Assembly (NCBI GenBank): GCA_002269645.1
Contig: NIVC01000996.1
Location: 186,001 to 250,000 of the forward strand
Direction of reading: 5' to 3'
DNA: 64,000 nucleotides
Source: Macrostomum lignano
Taxonomy: Eukaryota
The notes under the pieces are model-generated. The model had not been told where the DNA came from. It searched no databases and worked only from the letters and a program-made list of their open reading frames with translations. The position numbers were made by a program, and so were the translations under genes. Positions 1 through 9,800 of this stretch are shown piece after piece. How positions within the stretch are numbered: the stretch's first letter is position 1; each line of letters starts with the position of its first letter.

Positions 1-372
1 TTGCTACGCTGAAAAAAACAGCCTAACTTTAAAAGTGCACAGCACCGCTCAGGATTAACTTTGAGACTCGAAATTTTACATGATTGTGCCAAAATAGTTT
101 AAGATTATCTGTGTCAAATTTAAAGAGAATCGGTAGAAGTGGAGCGGCGCTAAAGAGGCTTTAGTAAAAAAATCGCGCATTTTGAGCAGTTTTTTGCACT
201 TTTAGGTAGGAAGACTCAAATTTAGGAAATTGAAAGGTAGCCTAAGACATTCTCCGTAGTGAGTTTAGGGTGGGTGTAAAATTTGATGTCATTTGGTTGA
301 GCGGTTTGGGAGTCCATAGCGATCAAAATTGTCCACACACACACACAGAGTTTTGATTTTTATAGGTAGAGA
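1..372 (-). mobile_element. Helitron-like non-autonomous element, 5' end (runs out of the window)
   Basis: Minus strand reads A|TCTCTACCTATAAAAATCAAAACTC(TG)n...AAACCGCTCAACCAAAT. It starts with TC after a host A and has an early microsatellite. It shares the AAC(C/G)GCTCAACC block with the element at 45894. The 3' hairpin/CTRR end is not seen. Confidence 0.45.
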
Positions 373-883
373 TTGTTCAAAACTATGTTATAAATTTATC
401 AATATCTATGGTAGCAATATACATGCCCATTTTACATCTAAGTGAAAAATAAAATATTTAAAACAGATTTACATAGTATATTAGAAAAACAAGTATTTCT
501 TATCTAATTTCTTGACTGTACATTCTAACAAGTCACATCGCCCGTGCACCAACCCCCATTTTGGGGTCCTACTAAATGTACGCATGTATGTATATATTCC
601 AATGTGTGACTTTTCAATACGTTTGTGGCACACTGGGGTGGGTTGGGGTGCTGACGTAGTGACAGTTCTCTCAAGGTCATTTGGTAATCACGACACTAGC
701 TCGTGGTTTTTTACACCTGCATCTTTCCCGCCGAGGAGGCAAAGTGCGTGATTAAAAAAGGACCGGCTCGTCTAGAGAGAATCCGCCTTCAATTAACAAA
801 AGCGAACAATAAACGGGATTAGAAAAAAGTTTCACTCGATCGTGAGTCGTGAAAAGCGAAATAGAATTACAATAATCGATTGT

Positions 884-3267
884 TTAAGCTTGAGAAGTGT
901 TAGCTTGTTGCTGTTGTTGCAGCTGCGGAGCTGGCTGCGACGGCGGAGGCGGTGGCTCCACGGAGTTCTGTCTCAACTTTCGTACAGCCGACTTGGTTCG
1001 TCTTGCGCCAGAAGTTGAAGGTGCCTCAGTAGCAGCACCGTTCGGTGCTGAGTTAGCGGTTGCAGCTGCTCCAGCTGCTCTGCCACTGGTAGAAGCGGCT
1101 GTTTGGGGTCTGCGAAGTTGAAGCATCGAAGGCGGCAGCTGCGGCGGCGGTTGCTTCGACGTCTGCTTGGCTGCAGCAGCGGCGGCGGCGGCGGCGGCAG
1201 CAGCAGCAGCACGTCGTTCTTCCCGACGTCGTCTATGATGTCTTTTCGGCTGGGGCTGCTGCTGTTGCTGCTGAGCAGCCGGCGGCGGAAGAGGGTCCAA
1301 CTGACGAGCAAACCGAACTGCTTTTCTCTGCTGCTGCTGCTGCTGCTGTTTGTTGGCATCTTCAATGGCTACATCGCAGCGAACCGGTTGCGGACTGTTG
1401 GCCAACTGCTGGTGCAAGCCGTCCTTTGTGGCGAACAGCACGGGCGCCGATGTCAACAGCTTGGCTTTGCGTGCCTGCGGATTGATATTGGCTTCCTGCG
1501 AATTTCTAGCTTGACTTGCCGAAGCAGAAGACGCGCTGGCAGCTGGATTGTTCGGCTGCCTCTGACGCTGCTGCTGGCTAGGTTGAGGCTTCTGCTGCTG
1601 GTCACCTCTACTGCTGTTCACAGCGGCTGCCTTGCCGCCGTTACAGACGGCTCCGTTGTTAGAGCCGCTAGATCGGAACACCGCGTTGATCATTCCGACA
1701 AGTTTTCGTCGAACATCGGGCCGCAGCAGCAGCACTAGTGCTGGCACGGCCGGGCCGTAGGTGAACCGCAGTGTTAAAAATGCGGTCTCTAACGCTTCGG
1801 CCAGGGTTGAGTCGGCTACCGGTGCGTTGCCACTAGTAGCGGGGACTACAGGCACGGTGGTGGCGGACGAGGCCACTTTGACTCGGTCTGCTGAAATTAA
1901 AACGATGTAGGGACCAACTAGGAGAAGCCAGGCGGCCGTCAACCAGCCAGTCTGCGCAGTTAGCGGCCCAGTTGTCGACGAGATCAAGGAGTTCTGGCGG
2001 CTTAGTCTCTGATGGCGTCGCATCTGAAGGTTGAGGAGAAAATTGGTTATAAGGTTCCGTGTACGGCTTGGGCCATGCTGGAAATAGAAAATCAATGGGC
2101 ATCATGGCAGTGCTTGCTCGTGCACAGGGGTCAGTGAGAACGGGCATGGCTGCTTGCCTCCTCGCTGCCCGCACAGCAATCCGACGTAGCTGACAAATAT
2201 GTACTTTTATATTACATCGACGGATAACGACGTCATATAACAACGTCGGATTGATGCCTCGTCCTTGATTTAAGGCTGTGCCCAGAGCCCCCTTCAAAAA
2301 AACTAAATGCTTCTCAGTATCTTATTAGACAGGCTTATACCACAGCACAGTTCAAACCCGTGATTACCTCAGGGATCCGACCAGACCCATTTGAAGTTCC
2401 ATTAGTCATCCCCGGTGCAGCAATACCGCCAGCTGCAGTAGCCGCAGACGTCGTCGTGGAAGCAACGCCAATCCCGGAGGACGCCGCCGACACGCCAGAC
2501 GCTGATGCCAGAGCCAGATGCGACGCTGAAGTTGTTGAGTTCGACGTCCCAGAAAACGACGAGGAATTAGTTGACGAGTTAACGACAAGTCGGAGCGAGA
2601 AGAGCAGGACAAGAGCGATGCTGAGCACTGGCAAGATGAAGCCGAGGCAAAGAACTGCGGCTGCGTAGGCCAGAGCCGTTCCCGGCGCGGGGCTGCAGGT
2701 CAGCCTGCCGGGGTAGAAGGCAGCCGGCACCGAGCTGGACGATGCCCAGGCCGGCAGGCTGATCGCTAGAGCTGCCAGCCACACGGCGGCCCCAGCTAGG
2801 GAGACGGCAGCGACGCGGCACCGTCTCCGGTGGCTATCGGGGTCCGCCACGGCCCACAGACGGTCGCTGGCGAGACACAGCAGGCAGAACAGCGGCAGGT
2901 TGTCGCCAAACAGCAGCGTGAACGCCGTGAACTGACAGGCCGCCTGCGACCAGGGCGCCTGACGCTGCCGAGACATGGTCGCTGACACGGACGCTCCAAT
3001 CGCGACGGTGCAGTTGCACAGCAAGTCGAACAGATTGGCTACGCATGCGTTGCTAAGCAACCGATTCGCCGAACGACGTCGCAGGGTTCGACTATAGATC
3101 AGGGTGGCCAACACCAGGCTGTTTCCGGCAAATGAAACGAGAAGTATGAGCGACAGGACGCCGGTTCGAATGGCTACAACGGCTGTGCTGGCGCCTTCGC
3201 TGTCGCCAAGCAACGCTATCGGCGAGTCAGTCAGCAGTTCTCCAGAGTCCGTTTCATTCTCTGCCAT
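884..3267 (-). CDS. Orphan class A (rhodopsin-like) GPCR, 2 exons (3267-2341, 2077-884), about 706 aa, with long polyQ/polyA C-tail
   Basis: Exon 1 encodes TM1 (..SFAGNSLV), TM2, TM3 ending LASDRLWAV (DRY-like), TM4 W and TM5 (GFILP). Phase-0 donor GTATAA at 2340 joins phase-0 acceptor TTTTCTATTTCCAG at 2078 into the frame encoding TM6 (AWLLLVGPY), TM7 and the tail. Confidence 0.8.
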
Positions 3268-4263
3268 GTCGCATCAACTTCGATTGCGCAGGACAGACAA
3301 ACACTACAGCCGTGTATTGTTTTATCTCGGCTGGTATGCGGCAGAACAAGCACAGTGTAGTCAGGGCCCTGAGGAGAAAATGCCATTTAAATGCAGTTTT
3401 GAGACGAGAGAGAATTAGGGACAGAAAAGTTTTGAACGTTCTATCCACTCCAACCATTGTTCTACCGATTCCCTACGTCTCTCTCCCCTCTCTGCCCTCA
3501 GTCCGCATCCCTGTCTATTTTCTCCCTCATCGCCTACCCTTCAGAGAGCTGCCAGCAGGTTGCTGAGTGCCCTTGTACTTGTAGTGCGCGTACAACTAAT
3601 CCCAGATATTGTTTCAGAGCTAATCCAATAAAATTCGTTTCATCTCGTCTCGTCTCGTCTCTCGCTCTCTCTAACTACAAGCGCGTGTACAATGGCATGC
3701 ATGCCGCGGCCTGAGACCTCGCTGCCAGTCTCTCTCTCTCTCTCGCTCTTCATCCCTCCATTGTCCCTGGCTGAAACAACGGGTGAAGCGGTAGTGGGGA
3801 GGTACTACACCGCATCAACTGTAGCAGTTTCTTCCTACCTGGGACAGACTCGGGGGCTACTGTTCAAGCTTCAATGCTGATGCAAAACCTTCCGTCAGCT
3901 GCTCTAACTCAAATTACATTTGTATGGCGATATGCAAGGAAGCCCATTCCGCCTTGCTAAACCTCCTGTAATCTTGCTATCTCTCTGACGACCTGCAGTT
4001 CAATGACAGCTAGCTGAGTAGAAAGTGAATAGCTGCATTCAAAATTCTTACGGTTTGTGAAAAAAACTGGGCTGCCCCTAACGACGCCCAGCAACTGGGG
4101 ATTAACGCGATTATAGTGAGGATGTATACTTTTGCGATCTGGGATTGTCTTGCATACTCAATTTTTATTTTAATTTCACGGCTTCATGAAAGGCTTCATG
4201 ACGATGTTTTTGTAATTTTTTAATTGAATTGAGCAATCCATGATTCTAGATTTTTCAATTAGA

Positions 4264-4999
4264 CCCAGTCCCCATTCCTCATTCCCCAATTCCCTATTCC
4301 CCAGTCCCCATTCCTCATTCCCCAATTCCCTATTCCCCAGTCCCCATTCCTCATTCCCCATCTACTGATTCCCCATTCTCTATTCCCCATTCCCCAATTC
4401 TCCATTCCCCAATTCTCCATTCCCCATTTCCCATTCCCCATTTCCCATTCCCCTATTCCCCATTCCCCTATTCTCCAATCCCCAATTCCCCATTCTCCAT
4501 TCCCTATCCACCGATTCCCGATTCCCCATTCCCCATTCCCCATCCCCCAATCCCCATTCCCCAATTCCCGATTCCCCATTCCCCATCCCCCAATCCCTTC
4601 CCTATTCCCCAATTCCCAATTCCGTATTCCCCATTTCCTAATTCCCCATTCTCCATTTCCTATCCACCGATTCCCGATTCCTGATTCCCCATTCCCCATT
4701 CCCCAATCCCCAATCCCCCATTCCCTATTCCCCGATCCCCCATTCTCCATTCCCCGATCCCCCATTCTCCATTCCCCAATTCCCCATTCCCCATTCCTCA
4801 ATTCCCCATTCCTCATTCCTCATTGCCATTCCTCATTTCCCATTCCACATTCCTCAATTCCCAATTCCTCATTCCTCATTCCTCATTGCCATTCCTCATT
4901 TCCCATTCCCCATTCCTTATTCCCCATTCCCCATTCCTCAATTCCCCATTCCTCATTCCCCATTCCCCATTCCCCAATTCCCATTCCCCATCCCCATTC
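4264..4999. repeat. Degenerate 7-bp (ATTCCCC)n array
   Basis: Direct reading; strongly C/T-rich on the plus strand, with GGGGAAT runs on the minus strand. Confidence 0.95.
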
Positions 5000-5257
5000 A
5001 TTTCTTTGTTTGCCTCAACTAAATTTCTAATTAATTTCCCCTTGCCAAACTTTAAACGCAACTTTCGGTGACGCAAAACAGCGAGTTTCGCAGATTTATT
5101 TGATAAATTTTTGTGCAATTAAACCAGATTTATAGGCAAACGAACGACTCCTACTACTAGTAAAAAACATCAGCTAAATAGCCAACTACGATCGGCATTG
5201 ATTTCTAAAACAAATCCTGTAATTTCAGATAAGTAGTGGCTTCATTCTACAGATTCT

Positions 5258-6106
5258 TGGTTTTGTCTCGCATAGAGGCGCCTAACCGCAGTCACTCCTG
5301 TGAAACTTGTCTCTGCCTGGCTGAAAGCTTGTAATGAGTGAGTAGGCTGGGTTGGAGGGTAATAGTGGATCGGGAAGGGCTGTGGGTAGCTGTATAGGAA
5401 GGCAGGCCTATACCTGTACCAAGGTGCTCTGACGGTATCCCTCAGGCGCCCTCTGAGCGTACAGCCAGCGACCCTATTAAAGCTGGAGTGTGCCAGAACC
5501 AGGACTGAGTCTGAGCAGGACGGGACCGTTGGCACGGTCACTATTAAAATGGCGGGTTGGCGAAACAAAGGGTGAAATAGTCCCGGCGAATAGCCCTCCT
5601 GCCGCTTCAAAGATAAGAGACTGTCTGGCAAAGAGTACCCGGGGTTTAAGTTGGGGGGGAGGCTCCTTCGGGTTGCCACGGCCGTGGGGGCGGTCTTATG
5701 ACCGGTTATTTGGCCTTTCTAACCCAGGAGAAGGCACGGGCTCCCCTGAATGGTTCACTCTACCCTCTCTGGCCCCGGGGAGGTTTTTGATATGTACCCG
5801 GGGGTGGTGGGCGGTCGGCCCCAGCATGGTAGCCACGGCTCTAGGCCTTCGGGCCATCCCCTAATAGGCTATGGGTCTATCTAACCTGGTTTTGGGCACG
5901 GGCTTCCTGACTGGTATGTCGTTCCGCTGTCACTGTCCCCCGGGGAGGTTTGGTTTTTTTGATACTGCCCTGTACAGTCCTCTATAGTCTAACTTGGCTT
6001 TTAGTGTACATTAGTACACTCCCTATTCAGGAAACTTTTTATATCTAGTGGCGTAAGAGCCTGTTTCAATGGCTGAGGCGCCGGAGTTACTTATTTAGTT
6101 AGTTAG
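5258..6106 (+). mobile_element. 5'-truncated non-LTR retroposon 3' fragment ('family A') with (TTAG)n tail and 17-bp TSD
   Basis: TTCATTCTACAGATTCT is repeated at 5241-5257 and 6107-6123. Tail TTATTTAGTTAGTTAG sits just before the right copy. A homologous 3' end lies inverted at 51500-51770. No recognisable ORF. Confidence 0.7.
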
Positions 6107-6244
6107 TTCATTCTACAGATTCTACTCTGTAGGAATGTTGATGTTGTGTTGGTCATTGAGCATGGAAATTTATAAATCTGTGGGCATGGCTTAATTTTCA
6201 CCTGCGGGGAAGGGAGAGTGAAGAGACAGAATAGATGGAGTAAG

Positions 6245-6768
6245 GATATACGGTTAGAGCGGAGAGAGGGGTAGACCGTAGAGAGAGGGGTAGAGAGCGG
6301 AGAGAGGGGTAGACCGTAGAGAGAGGGGTAGAGAGCGGAGAGAGGGGTAGACCGTAGAGAGAGGGGTAGAGGGCGGAGAAAGGGGTAGAGGGCGGAGAGA
6401 GGGGTAGAGGGCGGAGAGAGGGGTAGAGGGCGGAGAGAGGGGTAGACCGTAGAGAGAGGGGTAGGGGGTGGAGACGGGTAGACCGTAGAGAGAGGGGTAG
6501 AGGGCGGAGAAAGGGGTAGAGGGCGGAGAGAGGGGTAGAGGGCGGAGAGAGGGGTAGAGGGCGGAGAGAGGGGTAGAGGGCGGAGAGAGGGGTAGAGGGC
6601 GGAGAGAGGGGTAGAGGGCGGAGAGAGGGGTAGAGGGCGGAGAGAGGGGTAGAGGGCGGAGAGAGGGGTAGAGGGCGGAGAGAGGGGTAGAGGGCGGAGA
6701 GAGGGGTAGAGGGCGGAGAGAGGGGTAGAGGGCGGAGAGAGGGGTAGAGGGCGGAGAGAGGGGTAGAG
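6245..6768. repeat. 21-bp purine-rich minisatellite (GAGAGAGGGGTAGAGGGCGGA)n
   Basis: Direct reading; lies just 3' of the tlx stop codon. Confidence 0.95.
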
Positions 6769-6888
6769 GCCAGGAATCTAACGGTGTCCTTAGAAACAAA
6801 AAGCCAACAGAATTGTAATTCAGCAGTAAAGCAGTTAGCAACAACTACAAAAAGAAGTTTCATTTGCGAGGCAGCCCGGGGCAGCCGG

Positions 6889-9800
6889 TCAGACGCCCAG
6901 GAACATGTCCACCACCAGGCTGTCCAGAGCTGTCGGGCTGTCCAATTGGCGAAAGAAAACAGTGTGCAGGCCGACAGGCGACACGGCTGAAGCAGCTTGA
7001 AGCAGCAACAGCAGGCGGCCGAAACGATTGTGATTGAAGCTTGTCGCCTGCTGGGCAGCGGGCATCGAGCTCAGGACCTCAGAGTTCAAGGCGGTCAACA
7101 TCCGGTCCCTCAGGTCGGCTATGGTCTGGGCCGAAGCTGCCGACGATGGCGATCGAACTGTAGAATTTTTAACGAGATAAAGAAAAATGTTTTACTTGCT
7201 ACTGCCGACAGATTTGGCAGTAGTGTACCTGGGACAGTTTCTTAAAATTATAAAACACAGTTTGAAATACATTATGAAATTTCGACGAATTAATAAGTCA
7301 TCACTTAGTTTTTCAGTTTTTATCAGAAAATTTTCATGAATACAAATTGATATTGAAAAAAAGATGAAAAGGCAGATGAAGGAAGAGATGAAAGGTGAGA
7401 TTAAAGATGACTGAAAGTGAGAAATCTATACTAAGTTAAGCAGACACATTAATTAGACAGATATACGAAGGGAGGGTGAACTGAGAGATGAATGGACGAA
7501 AAGGAGGAAAGAGATAAAGGCAGCGAGATGGAGGGAGAGAGGTAAACAGAGAGTTGAAGGGAGAGAGATGAAGGGAGATATGAATAGAGTGAGATAAATT
7601 TAGAGAAGATAAAAGGAGAGAGAAGAAGGGAAACATGAAGGAAGAGAGATGAAGGGAGATATGAAGGCAGAGAGACGAAGGGAGAGAGATGAAGGGAGAA
7701 AGATGAAGGGAGAGAGATGAAGTGAGTTGAACGGAGATTTGAAGGGAGATATGAAGGGAGATATGAAGGGAGAGAGATGAAGGGAGAGAGATGAAGGGAG
7801 AGAGATGAAGGGAGAGAGATGAAGGGAGAGAGATGAAGGGAGAGAGATGAAGGGAGAGAGATGAAGGGAGAGATGAAGGGAGAGAGATGAAGGGAGAGAG
7901 ATGAAGGGAGAGAGATGAAGGAAGAGAGATAAAGGGAGAGAGATAAAGGGAGAGAGATGTGGACGGATGTGAGATGTGAGAGGGAGTAAGAAGGGAGATG
8001 TGGACGGAGAGAGACGAAGGGAGAGATGAAGAGAGATATGAAGGGAGATATGAAGGGAGGGAGACGGATGTACAAATAAAAAGAAAGAAATGAATGTTGA
8101 GATGAAGGGAGAGATGAAGGGGCAGCTGGCTCACCAGTCCTGAACAGGGCGAGTGCCTGCAGGCAGGCCAGCTCTCCCGGTCGGACTTGCAGGGCGTCAA
8201 ACTCTGCAGCGAGTTCAGTCAGCAGTTCCGCGGTCGCCAGCGCCGCCCGTTTCTCCTCCTCCTCCGTAATGGCAGCGATGACGTCATCCTGAGCAGCGAT
8301 CGTCAGCTCGGGCAGTCGGGCGTGGGCAGCGGTCAGCAGGAACAGGCTGCGCCAGCTGGACTTGGCCAACGCGGCTCTGTCAGCCTGCGGCAGACCCTGA
8401 TAGGCTGGCATGGCCGCGGCCCAACGTGACAGCAGGAACAGCAACCGAGCGGCGAGTTCATCGCGATCGTTGGTTGTTGCTGGTCGAAGGCCGTCGCATT
8501 GTTGCTGTTGCTGTTGCGGCATGGGAGCCGGAGTCAGTGCTGGCAGTGGGTTGTAGGTTAGCGACAAGAACGGCCAAACCGTTGTTGATGACGGAGTCTG
8601 GATTGGAAGGACGGCTGTCCGCTGTTGTTGCTGCTGTTGCGGCTGCTGCGGCTGAGTTAAAGATTTGCGAGGCCCGCGCTCCTGCTGTACAGCTGCGGGA
8701 ATGCGGAGTGTTGATGTACAGTTATCGGTGAGATTGGCGAGCTTAGGATCTAGGAGTGAGACTCAGAGATCTAGGAGTGAGACTCAGAGAACTAGGAGTG
8801 AGACTCAGAGATCTCGGTGTGAGAATAAAATGACGGAATGAGACTCACAGATCTCGGAGTGAGAATAAAATGACGGAATGAGACTCAGAGATCTTGGTGT
8901 GAGAATAAAATGACAAGGAATGAGACTCAGAGATCTTGGAGTGAGACTCAGAGATCTAGGAGTGAGACTCAGAGATCTTGGAGTGAGACTCAGAGATCTA
9001 GGAGTGAGACTCAGAGAACTGGGAGTGAGACTCAGAGATCTAGGAGTGAGACTCAGAGAACTAGGAGTGAGACTCAGAGATCTAGGAGTGAGACTCAGAG
9101 AACTAGGAGTGAGACTCAGAGAACTAGGAGTGAGACTCAGAGATCTAGGAGTGAGACTCAGAGAACTAGGAGTGAGACTCAGAGATCTAGGAGTGAGACT
9201 CAGAGAACTAGGAGTGAGACTCAGAGATCTAGGAGTGAGACTCAGAGAACTAGGAGTGAGACTCAGAGATCTAGGAGTGAAACTCAGAGAACTAGGAGTG
9301 AGACTCAGAGAACTAGGAGTGAGACTCAGAGATCTAGGAGTGAGACTCAGAGAACTAGGAATGAGACTCAGAGAACTAGGAGTGAGACTCAGAGATCTCG
9401 GTGTGAGAATAAAATGACGGAATGAGACTCACAGATCTCGGAGTGAGAATAAAATGACGGAATGAGACTCAGAGATCTCGGAGTGAGAATAAAATGACGG
9501 AATGAGACTCAGAGATCTCGGTGTGAGAATAAAATGACAAGGAATGAAACTCAGAGATCTTGGAGTGAGAATAAAATGACAAGGAATGAGACTCAGAGAT
9601 CTTGGAGTGAGACTCAGAGATCTAGGAGTGAGACTCAGAGATCTTGGAGTGAGAATAAAATGACAAGGAATGAGACTCAGATATCTCGGAGTGAGAATAA
9701 AATGACAAGGAATGAGACTCAGATATCTCAGTAGCAGAGTAGCTGCTGACTGACTCAGATATCTCGGTGTGAGAATCAAATGACAAGGAATTAGACCCAA

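Noticed and set aside
1833-2297. 154-aa ORF as a middle GPCR exon
   Set aside because: No good phase-compatible donor returns to the TM6 frame; a single intron 2340-2078 explains the gene more simply.
5990-6090. Hammerhead or HDV ribozyme in the family-A end
   Set aside because: GAAAC and CTGAGG are present but CUGAnGA is incomplete and stem III does not pair; HDV P1/P3/L3 spacing cannot be built.
8910-9425. Repeat-encoded ORFs ([14 protein letters not shown]; also ENLPLRSITPSDSL, SIYL, GNGEW, HSITHPLTQH, LAIWG) as adhesive or structural proteins
   Set aside because: They are by-products of stop-free tandem units, lie in introns or antisense to real genes, and lack signal peptides or unique flanks.
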